Shown here: one piece after another, positions 52,771 through 64,000 of the stretch
How positions within the stretch are numbered: the first letter of the stretch is position 1
Layout of the letters: every line of letters begins with the position of its first letter
From: Octopus bimaculoides
Taxonomy: Eukaryota
DNA: 64,000 nt
Assembly (NCBI RefSeq): GCF_001194135.2
Contig: NC_068984.1
Location: 59,733,699-59,797,698 of the forward strand
Direction: 5' to 3'
The notes under the pieces: generated by a model
Seen by the model: the letters and a program-made list of their open reading frames with translations, nothing else
Told to the model about the DNA's origin: nothing
Database searches by the model: none
Program-made: the position numbers and the translations under genes

Positions 52771-55009
52771 TGCTCTTCTGAACTTGCTCATTTTACATTA
52801 CTCACACATATAATTCAAATGAAACATTCACCACACAAACAAAATGCAACATCTTGTAGGTCTCCCTTCCTTGGAATAGACAAATCTAAAATGACTGTGG
52901 CCAACGCATACAAGCTCCAATCATCATTCTAATACAAACAAAACTCACAGGAAAGACAGAGAGTAAATGACACGGCTTTCTGATTAAGAAGTTTGTTTTG
53001 AAATTACAGGGTTTCATCTCACTACATAGAATATTAGACAAATGCATTCTACCATAGCTTCAGGTTGATTAATATCTTGTGAATGAAATATGGTAAACAG
53101 AAATTGTACTGAAGCAAGCAGACAAGTAGGCATTGGCAAGAAAAACAATTAACTGTTGCTTTGAACACACTCTCTTATGATATTTGTTCTGCATGAGTCA
53201 CACAGGCAGTTCTTTGTCTATGGGACTCAGATACCATTATAAATCACTGGTTCACCAATATTTACAACAGCAACAGTGAGTTACTATTGTAAATGCATGT
53301 GATTCACTTGTTGGGAAATTGTGTACCCATAGATGTTGTTCATAAAATGTGACATGAAATTTTAAAAAATGAGTAGTGAAAGATTTTACTGTATAGGTGC
53401 AAGCATGGCTGCACTTATATAGTAAGAAGCTTGCTTTGCAACTATATGATTTTAGGCTCAGTTCTATTGCACAGCATCTCAAACAAGTGTCTTCTACTAC
53501 AGCCCCAAGCCAACCAATGCCTAGTGAGTAAATATGATAGATGGAAACTGTGTGAAAGCCTGTTGTGTGTACATATATGCATATGTGTGTGTATATACAT
53601 ACATACACACACACACACATATATATATACACACACATATACATATGTGTGTGTGAGAGTATATATACACACATATACATATATGTATATATACACACGC
53701 TTTCGATAAGACCAATGAGATGAAAAATGTACCAATGTATCTTGTGTTAATAGAAGAAAGTAATTGTAGTATCAGAAAACTGAAGCAGACATGAAGGGAA
53801 AAGGGGGTATAGTTTGATCTCAGGTAGATGAGCCACACAGAAGGTAGATTAGAGAATTAAGAAGAATGGCAGCATGCTATACTGCAGATCTGCCCAACCC
53901 ACACAAAGATGAGAAAAATAAATGAAAACATTCAAACATATGCACATACATTTGAAGCTATTCACTTTTTCACTTTTATTTTCCACTTTTTGTCTATTTG
54001 TTTAAGCAACAAAATAAACACACAAAAGTAGGAAATTTGGAGTAACACTAAAGTGAATAACCAGCCTCAAATGAATAAACTCATATTTTTTTGAGTACTA
54101 CTTCTCCTGTCTGCAGATGCATACATGATTAGATAGATAGATTAGATAAATAGATAGTTTAGATAGACAGTTGGATTAGATAGAGAGATGGATTAGATGC
54201 AAAGAGCATAAGAGTGAATAAATAGACAGACAGGAGGTTTTGTCAAATAAATGAAATAGTAGTGGCAAATAAAGCTTTAGGTTGTTGACTGTAACTGAAA
54301 TGTGTAGCTATTATTTTGTTGTTTATCTGAGCAAAGCAGTGAGTAAAAGATAGCAAGTTTTCATTATAAAGTTACTTATGATAGGATAAGGTCTTATCCT
54401 GGGAGATAACTATCTTCCATCCACTTAACAGTATGGAATACTAGGGTTCAATACTAACCTAGTGAATCATTAAGATTTCTGAAAAGATCAATGCATTAAA
54501 TGAACATATGGTTAACACCTGTTCAATTCTGTGCAAGAGTCATGTCATGTGTTCAATGAACACAAACTGTTGATCTTTAGCAAGTTGGGGTCCAATGTCA
54601 TGAGACTAAAAAAAATGGTGCTGGAACTATGAGGCATGAAAATCAGTACATGCATGTGGCTAAGTTTGTTTTATGATCACATGGTTTCAGGTTCAACCCC
54701 ACTGCACAGCACCTCAGACAAGTATCTTGTTAATTGCCAGTTTAAGGATTACCTACGAGTAGTAGTTTCTTGTAACATTTTTCTATCCAGTCTTGGAAGC
54801 CCTACAAAAGATAATGGGCAATGTGCTTCTAATGACTATGACAGTCGAAAAAGAAAGAAAGAGGTCATCCAATCAAAAGATGCCAAAACAGTAAAATAGA
54901 ACCGATGACAGTTTTAGTAAGAAGAAAAAAAAAAGAACATGAGTCAGATTTATCAATTTAGTAATTACTTATTTAAATTATAGCTCTCTCTCTCTCTTCT
55001 TGTGTCATG

Positions 55010-55610
55010 GCATATTCATGCTGTAATCATAGCTTGTTCCTCCTCTATTTATTTCTGTCTCTCGCAACATCACCCAGGTCTTTCTCACCCTGCACACTCA
55101 TTCTCTTCTTCATCCAGTCGAACATCTTCATTCTCTGCCTTCCTCTCGCTCTCCTTCTCACCAGCTGTCTCCACCATGTAACACTCCATTCCGTTATCCT
55201 CTCTGAGAAAATGACCAACAATTCTCCACTGTCTCTCTCTGATAGTATCCATCAACTGTCTCTTCACTTTCATCTTCTTCAACACTTCCACATTCATCAC
55301 CCTCTGTACCCACGAGATTCTAAGCATTTTTCTATAAAACCACATCTCTGCAGCTTTGAGTCTCTTCTCCATGACTTTGCTTATCATCCAAGACTCACAT
55401 CCATATGTTAGCACTGACAAGATGTAGCACTTCAATAGTCATTTCTTGACTTCCATTCCAATTCTCTTTGCACAAAAAATGCTCCTCATATCCATAAAAG
55501 TCTTCTTTGCTAATCCAATTCTGCACTTGATATAATTATCTGACCTTTCATCTGATGCGATCCAACTTCCTAGATATATGAAACTGTCCTTCTCTATTTT
55601 AATCAACCCT
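55010..55610 (-). mobile_element. RTE-type LINE 3' fragment
   Basis: Minus strand: FIYLGSWIASD...CRIGLAKKTF...KCYILSVLTYGCESW...RLKAAEMWFYRKMLRISW...RQWRIVGHFLR. Confidence 0.9.
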
Positions 55611-56796
55611 CCACAAAAGGATAAAAAATAAAATTATAGCTGACATATTTTAAAATACAATACTTAAGAAATCAATAAATGTTACACCACACCATTTATG
55701 TAAACAGGGAGAGTAGATTCCAGTCACCTTCAACTTCGATACATTTATTCAAGTTCTGAGTTCACATTCCACTGAGGTCAACTTTGCCTTTCTTCCTTTC
55801 GGGGTTGATGAAATAAGTGCCAGTCAAGCACTGGGTCGATGTAATTGACTTACCCCTCCCACAAAATTTCAGGTTTTGTGCCTACAGTAGAAAGGATTTA
55901 TTTACATCATCAATCCTACAGTACTTAACTTTTTTAATCAACCCCTCCACAAAAGCATAAAAAGTAAAATTTCTGCTTGATGAAATTTAAAGTCAGAACA
56001 AAGAGCCAGATGAAATACCCTATGGCATTTTGTCTGATGCTCTAAAGATACTGTCAATCAACCAGTAGCAGTAGTGGTGGTGATGGGGTGGGGGTGGAGG
56101 TGGAGCTGGCAGCAGCAATGACTCCTTTTGACTATGAATACAAGCTTAATTTTGTTCCAAACGAAGATAACTACAATCTTATTATATTACTTGCTCTTAT
56201 TTCATTGCCCTTTATGTATGTGTAACATGCACAGGGCTGCTTGCTTGTTTTTCTAGGCAACACAGTACCCTGCACACTTTTAAGGTGACAGGTTAACAGT
56301 AGCTCACAAACAATATGGAGGTGATATTCTGATATAATTAAATGTCCTTACTACAGCTAATCTCCCACCCTATAAGTATGTGTGGTACTATGTCATGCAG
56401 GTAAACAGAAGTTAACAGCTAACTGCAAGTTAACATTTTCCCCTAGACCTTAATAAAAAAAATACAAGTAGACTTTTCTTTGATAAGTTGAAAAACCCCT
56501 ATATTTTAGAGGTAAGTTATCAAGTGCTGAGATGTTCATACTTGTTTGAAGGAAATTAATGACTTAGGAGTAAAATATCCTGAATTGTGATTGACTGAAT
56601 TGTAGTCTAAGACTAAAATCTAAAATCCATGAAAACTTATGGAGTAAGTCTGTTAGGGTTTTTCTGCATACATTAAGAGAGCTTTTGATGAAGACTGCTC
56701 CAGCTGCAATCATCCTGTCTTTTCTTATTTTCAGGCATAGTATATCTCGGAATATTTTATCCAATGTGTATGAAGAGTAATATACACTATTTATAA

Positions 56797-57049
56797 TGGA
56801 CAGATAGGTGTTTGTTGTTAACACGTTTCAGCTGATGTACTCTCCAGCCTTCATGAGGTGTTCTAGTGGAATTTCGAACCCAACCCTTTATTTGACTAAT
56901 GGAGTACACTGTTCCCATTCCTAAGATATGTTGCTGATGTTATTTTTTTTTGTTGATATTATTTTTCAAGTCCTTGCCTTGGATTGAACTTAGAATCCGA
57001 GGGTTAGTAGCCCACGCTCTTATCCACTACGCTATATGTCTGTGGGCAT
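56797..57049 (-). mobile_element. Third, solo and decayed copy of family H
   Basis: Head tagcgtagtggataagagcgtgggctactaaccc; tail AACAC-CUCAUGA-AGGCUG...CAGCU-GAAAC-GUGUU (hammerhead core G5 mutated, triplet deleted). Confidence 0.8.
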
Positions 57050-57551
57050 GTAACATCCTCACCGTTTTACTCAACTGATAACAAGTGGAATATCAACATT
57101 CAGGTACACATACACCACATCATATATATATGTGTGTGTGTGTGTGTGTACATGTGCACACATAACAAGCTTCTTACAGTTTCTATCTAGCAAATTCACT
57201 CTCAAGGCACAAAGGAATGGTCTCAAATAACTGCAAAGAGAAACAATATGAATATTCTTCCTTTCTACAAGATATAAAGAATGCTTGTTCATTAAAACAA
57301 TTAAAAGGAGCTAGAGAAGAAGACACTCACCCTATGTGCTACACAGTGAGACTGCATGCAACCATGTGGTGCAAAATTAACTTTAACCATACAGCAACTC
57401 TTAGTATATTTATTACCAAACTTTATTTAAACTTCTGGAGTTACAATGTATTATTTAAATTTCATACAAGCTGAACTCATAGAAACAAAAAGAAAAATAA
57501 GAAAAAGCTACAGTTATTGAAATCACTGAAGAGTATCTCAGAGACACTTAC

Positions 57552-57624
57552 CAGATACCATTTATGTCATCATTTTCCCAAGCAAAAACAATCCAAGGAG
57601 CATTTACGTTAAATGATGATGTTT
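57552..57624 (-). CDS. Candidate coding exon (TSSFNVNAPWIVFAWENDDINGI)
   Basis: Acceptor gtgtctatgttAG, consensus donor GTAAGT, 73 nt open; phase-compatible with 58000-58147. Caveat: contains CATCATCATTTAACGT, which matches the family C TIR. Confidence 0.25.
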
Positions 57625-58385
57625 CTAACATAGACACATAAGAAAGGATAAATTAGGAACTTTCTTTGTCGTCCCACAGTATTCTTAAAAAAACAAAAAA
57701 AACAAACCCAAATTACAAAAGATATTTCTCTCTCTCTCTAACTCATTAATTAATTTATTTGACTCATTTATGTCATTGTGACTCAAAGAACTGATACAAT
57801 ATTCAAATAGGCAGTGAAGAAAATAAATTGGTTTTACTAATTGAGAAATAGCTAAATACTGCATTCTACTTCTAAAAAAAGCATGTAGATCTAGGAGTGT
57901 TCCAATCCCCCTCCATAGACCAACTCTGTATGCTCATTTGTAACATTAGAGGAATGGTTCTCAACTGGTTGCTAAGTGACAAAATGTGAATATTCCTACC
58001 TCCCACAACATATAAAGGAAAGTTGTTCAATAGAACAATTGAAAGGATAAAATCATTAGTTGAAACTTTAGAGTTGAATATGTCACAGACAGAACTCAGT
58101 AGCACACAAGGATGACTAGCAGTACAAGAGCTCAAGAGAATTATAAACTGTTTCATGCAGTCCATATCAACAGAAGGTTGAATTAAGTATGCATTTAAAA
58201 GGATGGTTGAACAAACATTTCAGACCTACCTTACAAATTACAGATTCTAAATGTTAGGTGATATTTATAAGATTTTTTTCATAAGTTTTTTCTTGTCTCT
58301 TCTTCCTTAGAAAATAGGATTGAATTTCTCAAAAAGTAAATGCGACATCATATGGTTAACTACAAACAGAAATTATATTCTAGGC

Positions 58386-58418
<33 letters not shown>

Positions 58419-58424
58419 TATACT

Positions 58425-59137
58425 NNNNNNNNNNNNNNNNNNNNNNNNNNNNNNNNNNNNNNNNNNNNNNNNNNNNNNNNNNNNNNNNNNNNNNNNNNNN
58501 NNNNNNNNNNNNNNNNNNNNNNNNNNNNNNNNNNNNNNNNNNNNNNNNNNNNNNNNNNNNNNNNNNNNNNNNNNNNNNNNNNNNNNNNNNNNNNNNNNNN
58601 NNNNNNNNNNNNNNNNNNNNNNNNNNNNNNNNNNNNNNNNNNNNNNNNNNNNNNNNNNNNNNNNNNNNNNNNNNNNNNNNNNNNNNNNNNNNNNNNNNNN
58701 NNNNNNNNNNNNNNNNNNNNNNNNNNNNNNNNNNNNNNNNNNNNNNNNNNNNNNNNNNNNNNNNNNNNNNNNNNNNNNNNNNNNNNNNNNNNNNNNNNNN
58801 NNNNNNNNNNNNNNNNNNNNNNNNNNNNNNNNNNNNNNNNNNNNNNNNNNNNNNNNNNNNNNNNNNNNNNNNNNNNNNNNNNNNNNNNNNNNNNNNNNNN
58901 NNNNNNNNNNNNNNNNNNNNNNNNNNNNNNNNNNNNNNNNNNNNNNNNNNNNNNNNNNNNNNNNNNNNNNNNNNNNNNNNNNNNNNNNNNNNNNNNNNNN
59001 NNNNNNNNNNNNNNNNNNNNNNNNNNNNNNNNNNNNNNNNNNNNNNNNNNNNNNNNNNNNNNNNNNNNNNNNNNNNNNNNNNNNNNNNNNNNNNNNNNNN
59101 NNNNNNNNNNNNNNNNNNNNNNNNNNNNNNNNNNNNA
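58425..59137. other. Assembly gap (713 N)
   Basis: Run of N. Confidence 0.99.
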
Positions 59138-59423
59138 TATTTATATACATATATACATACCTATATATATTTATATACATATATACATACCTATATATAT
59201 TTATATACATATATACATACCTATATATATTTATATACATATATACATACCTATATATATTTATATACATATATATATACACACATACCTATATATATTT
59301 ATATACATATATATATACACACATACCTATATATATTTATATACATATATATATATACACACATACCTATATATATTTATATCTATATACATACCTATAT
59401 ATATTTATATATATATATACATA
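59138..59423. repeat. AT-rich minisatellite (30-bp unit, then longer variants)
   Basis: ttatatacatatatacatacctatatatat repeated exactly four times at 59141-59260, followed by variant units. Confidence 0.92.
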
Positions 59424-59690
59424 CCTTAAGAAGCATCAGTTGTGGTGTGCAAGAGAGACGATTGCGTTGGTATGGTCATGTGGCGAGAATGGACGAGGAT
59501 AGCTGTGTGAAAAAGTGCCACACCCTAGCAGTGGAGGGAACCTGTGGAAGAGGTAGGCCCAGGAAAACCTGGGATGAGGTGGTGAGGCAAGACCTTCGAA
59601 CATTGGGCCTCACCGAGGTGATGACTTCTGACCGAGACCTTTGGAAATATGCTGTGCGTGAGAAGACCCGGCAAGCCAAGTGAGACCTAA
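59424..59690 (+). mobile_element. 5'-truncated RTE-type LINE 3' end with uninterrupted frame
   Basis: [85 protein letters not shown]. Confidence 0.93.
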
Positions 59691-60149
59691 ATCCAATGTC
59701 TATGTAGCATAAACACCAGGTGAAGAAAAACTGCAAAATCTAACCTCTACAGAATTATGTGTATCTTTTAACATGAAAAACTCTCAAAGATTATTCTCTG
59801 TCACAAAGCCTACATTTGAAATAGTTTCTGCTCAAGCATATCACTGTATTTTTAGCTTTATATACTATATATACAAACTAAACAAAAGAGAGTGGCATAT
59901 GTGTCTGTGTCATGCCGAACAAGCATATGTCACAATAATCCTATGATTTACAGATGTCTCATTAATGAGCTGGCTATCATCTGACTAGACGAAGAAGTCA
60001 CGCTGTGTGCATATTTGTAAATTTATAGATAAATATACACACATACACATATAATACGCATGTACATTTATATTATATCTATATAAATAATACATATGTC
60101 TATTATGCGCGTGTATGTGTGTGTATAATACATATGCCTATTGTATGTG

Positions 60150-60211
<62 letters not shown>

Positions 60212-60240
60212 ATATATATATGTATATATATGTGTGTGTG

Positions 60241-60322
<82 letters not shown>

Positions 60323-60375
60323 CACATGTGTGTGTGTGTGTATGTGTATATATATAAATATATATATATATATTG
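60150..60375. repeat. Compound (TA)n/(TG)n microsatellite
   Basis: Long TA and TG runs. Confidence 0.97.
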
Positions 60376-61370
60376 TGTATTGTCATTTCTTCTTGTATTT
60401 GCAGGTCCTAAGCAGTCTTGTGGAGAGGGGGAATCTACTAATTGCTTGGATAATCTTAAGACTACCACACACACACACACACACATACACAAAGCTGAGT
60501 AAAGGTATATTAAATGCCCATGAAGATAAATTCTTGATTTTCATAAATTATTTTTCCTTGAAGAGAGAAAGAATAATCAAACACTTTATGGCAATTGCAA
60601 TCAACTCAATATGAGGAGAGACAATCACAAGAGTCAACATGCTGTTTAGGCAAAGACATTTCGATTGTCTGAAGAGATGGAAACAGCCTTGTACAAGTTT
60701 CTGCTTCAATAGGCATCATCAGCACAGCAGTGCAGTTGATACCTACTGTCCTACCATGGATCTTGCAGATGAGATTGTTATACATCTATGATGGACTCTC
60801 CTATCGAAGATGACATATGAGCATTCAGCTTTTGCCAAATGAACTGCACAAATGATTTGTTTATAGTGATCAAATGTTCATGCTGCACATTAGTTCACTC
60901 TCTCCATCAAACCAACGTTGTCTGAACAAGTGAACTGTGTATATCATGTGTCAGGTGTCAAAGTGATTGCAGAGCAATGTGAGATGAAGTGTTTTCCCAG
61001 TCTAGGAATTGAAACCACAACCTCGCGATGGTGAGTACAACACCCTAACCATATGTATGTATGTGTATATACAGAAAGAGAGAGAGAGAGAGTTGAAAAT
61101 ATTTATGGTCTATGTAATTTGCATAAGGGGAGATGATTTCAATGAGTCAAGAATTTATTTAGTAAGACATTTGATATACATATATTTGACTTTACTGACA
61201 ATATTCATGCCACTGGCCAATCTGAGTTATTTCTCTTAGTTCAAGTTTGGGTAAATTATGCAAATTAGTCTGAACCATAAACATAGTTTTTGAGGCTTTT
61301 AGTAGTTTGGCCTGGAAGAGACTGATAGTATAAATACTAAAATAAAATATGTTCTAGGATCAATCTGATG

Positions 61371-61700
61371 AACTCAGTGGTTAGAACATCAAGTTCACAA
61401 TCATGAGGTAGTGAGTTTGATTCCTAGACCAGACTGTGTGTTGTGTTCTTGAGCAAGACACTTTATTTCATGCTGCTCTAGTTCACTCAACTGGAGAATT
61501 GAGTTATGACATCACTGGTGCCAAGCTGTATTGGCCTTTGCTTTTCCCTTGAGTAACATTGGTGGTGTGGAGAGGGAATGCTGGTATACACGGGTGACTG
61601 CTGGTCTTCCATAAATAACCTTGCCTAGACTTGTGCCTTGGAGGGGAACTTTCTTGGTGCAATCCCATGGTATGCAAGACTGAAGGGGGTCCATCTGTCA
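61371..61700 (+). mobile_element. tRNA-headed SINE (a further family)
   Basis: Head ctcagtggttagaacatcaagttcacaatcatgaggtagtgagtttgattcc followed by gtgttcttgagcaagacacttt core. A reverse-oriented related head lies at about 60990-61030. Confidence 0.6.
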
Positions 61701-62534
61701 TATATACACACACACACACTTTTATGTGTGCATGCACCCCACCCTCACATATATATAATAAAAGAAATGATAAAGGAATAGATTATTTCATGAAATTCAT
61801 TAGCTTACAGCTGTTTCCATACCCTACAACAGAAACAGCTGTAAGCTAATGAAGTTCATAAGATAATTGTTTATTCCTTTGTCATTTTCTTTATTATTAC
61901 TGCTCTGTACTCAACTAATGGTTTGTTCAGAGACATATGTACACTGAGTTTTACACCAGGTTATTAATATCGCAATACCTAAGTGAAATATAGATATTTA
62001 ATCATTACAAAACTTGACTGTGGGTTTGGTAAGAATGTGAACACATTATTTTTATGCTACTGACATGCATAAAAAAGGGGTCTCTCTTGTTTGTTGATCC
62101 CTTCTCAAGAAAGACTTAACTGGCTTTCTTGTGCAATCAGTATGCTGTGTTGAGCATAAAATATGTATGGTTTAATTTATGACAAACTATCAAAGGCTTA
62201 AATATGCAAATAAGGCTGTTCATGATGATACTAGTCAAATTTACAACTGCTTTATATAGCAACAGATCTGTGCTATTGATCGGGAAGGAAACCGGTTACG
62301 CCTTTTCTGAAGAGTAGTTAACAAACCATGATCGGGTTCATCAGGAAACTCACTACCTCTGTTATTCTCTACATGACTAGCATAAAAATAGAATTTTTAG
62401 ATACTTATTTAACCCACAGTGAGGATTTGTAATGCTTCTATACACACACACACACACAATCTGTGTGTATATATACATGTGTGTGTGTGTAAATAGTAAG
62501 ATAATGCTATGCAACTTTGTAAAATTGTTAAAAT

Positions 62535-62584
<50 letters not shown>

Positions 62585-62594
62585 CAGAGAGAGA

Positions 62595-62628
<34 letters not shown>

Positions 62629-62704
62629 GAGAGAGAGAGTTCTGTATGTATACACACACACACACATAAGCAGCATATGTATATACACATATGTAACGTA
62701 CTTA

Positions 62705-62897
62705 GGCGTGGCTGTGTGGTTAAGAATCTTGTGTTTTAATGTGGACATGGGTTCAGTATCACCGAATGGCACCTTGGGCAAGTATCTACTATAGCACCGG
62801 GTCGACCAAAGCCCTGTGAGAGGATTCGGTAGATGGAAAGTGAAAGAAGCCAGCCGTGTATGTATGTATGTATGTATGCATGCATGTATATAAGTGA

Positions 62898-62928
<31 letters not shown>

Positions 62929-63114
62929 TGTGTATCGATCACCACTCAACATTTAACAATCAGTGTTGGTTTGTTTACTTCCCCGAAACTTAGTGGTTCG
63001 ACAACAGAATAAGTACCATGCTTTAAAAAAGTAATGGCCTAGATTTATTCGACTAAAACCTTTCAAGGCAGTGTCCCAGCATTGCCGCAGTACAGTGACT
63101 AAAACAAGAAAAGA
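62705..63114 (+). mobile_element. tRNA-headed SINE-like element (family A)
   Basis: ggcgtggctgtgtggttaagaa head, several CpGs retained, full tail. Confidence 0.8.
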
Positions 63115-63134
63115 TATGTGTGTGTGCGTGTAAC

Positions 63135-63192
<58 letters not shown>

Positions 63193-63616
63193 GTGCACAC
63201 ACAGAGTTGTTCAGCCATTTTGTTCAGCATTAACCAATTCTGAAATATCAATCAATACTTCTAACACACACACAAAATAAATAAAACAATGTTCAAAGCG
63301 CCAGCTTCGGGCAAATTACACAGTATAGAAAGGAAAACAAAAACATATGAGAGACCAAATAAATACATTAATATGTATTGTTTGTTCCGATGAAGACTAC
63401 GTGATGCAATAAATTAAAATAAATCAGAAGATATGAATATTAAAATGGAATAGTTAAATAAATTCCTAAGTATCTAGATGAAGATACCTGTTACAATAAG
63501 TGCAACAATGGAAATCATGATGTTTTAAAGATAGACTATGAGGGATGATGAAGGATCTATTTTGTCTTGAAATTTCAGAAGCTTATTCTTAAGTTCATAT
63601 TGATTTGTGTCTGTGC

Positions 63617-63665
<49 letters not shown>

Positions 63666-63739
63666 TGCATGCAGAAATGTATATATGAAAACAAATATGT
63701 ATGTGTGCGTGTGTGTACATTATATATATATATAATATC

Positions 63740-64000
63740 ATATTATATATATATATAATATTATATATTATATTATATTATATTATATTAATATTATATA
63801 TATATTATATTATATATATATTATATTATATTATATATATATATTATATTATATATATATATTATATTATATATATATATTATATTATATATATATTATA
63901 TTATATATATATTATATATATTATATTATATATATATTATATTATATATATATTATATTATATTATATATATATTATATTATATATATATTATATTATAT
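63740..64000. repeat. A/T-only low-complexity tract
   Basis: No G or C over about 260 bp; irregular TA/TTA units. Confidence 0.97.

Noticed and set aside
13796-56742. Plus-strand exon candidates (e.g. near 13796, 42904, 45652, 48210, 56715)
   Set aside because: They are short, give no convincing protein, and such splice-signal pairs arise by chance in AT-rich DNA.
57552-57624. ENDD.NGI as an ADGRV1-like Calx-beta end
   Set aside because: The motif is only a few residues, neighbouring exons lack Calx-beta features, and the segment overlaps a MITE-like 16-mer.
59138-59423. CRISPR-like array
   Set aside because: Head-to-tail tandem units with no unique spacers, in eukaryotic context; it is a minisatellite.

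Overview
AT-rich eukaryotic scaffold DNA with four N gaps, dominated by microsatellites and interspersed repeats. The repeat landscape resembles Octopus (cephalopod) genomic DNA; this is an inference, not a database match. Recognisable content: a full-length decayed mariner and an internally deleted mariner (both with TIRs and TA TSDs), several LINE RT fragments (RTE and non-RTE), Helitron termini, tRNA-headed SINE-like families and MITEs. A low-confidence, unidentified multi-exon gene may lie on the minus strand. No CRISPR, rRNA or true tRNA genes were seen, and most ORF-track entries are repeat or gap artefacts. The most notable structure is at 49.45-50.0 kb: a tRNA-headed SINE-like element whose tail carries a minimal type I hammerhead-ribozyme motif of the Penelope-like-element kind. 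It is present as a head-to-head dimer bracketed by an exact 14-bp direct repeat, with a third, decayed solo copy near 57 kb.
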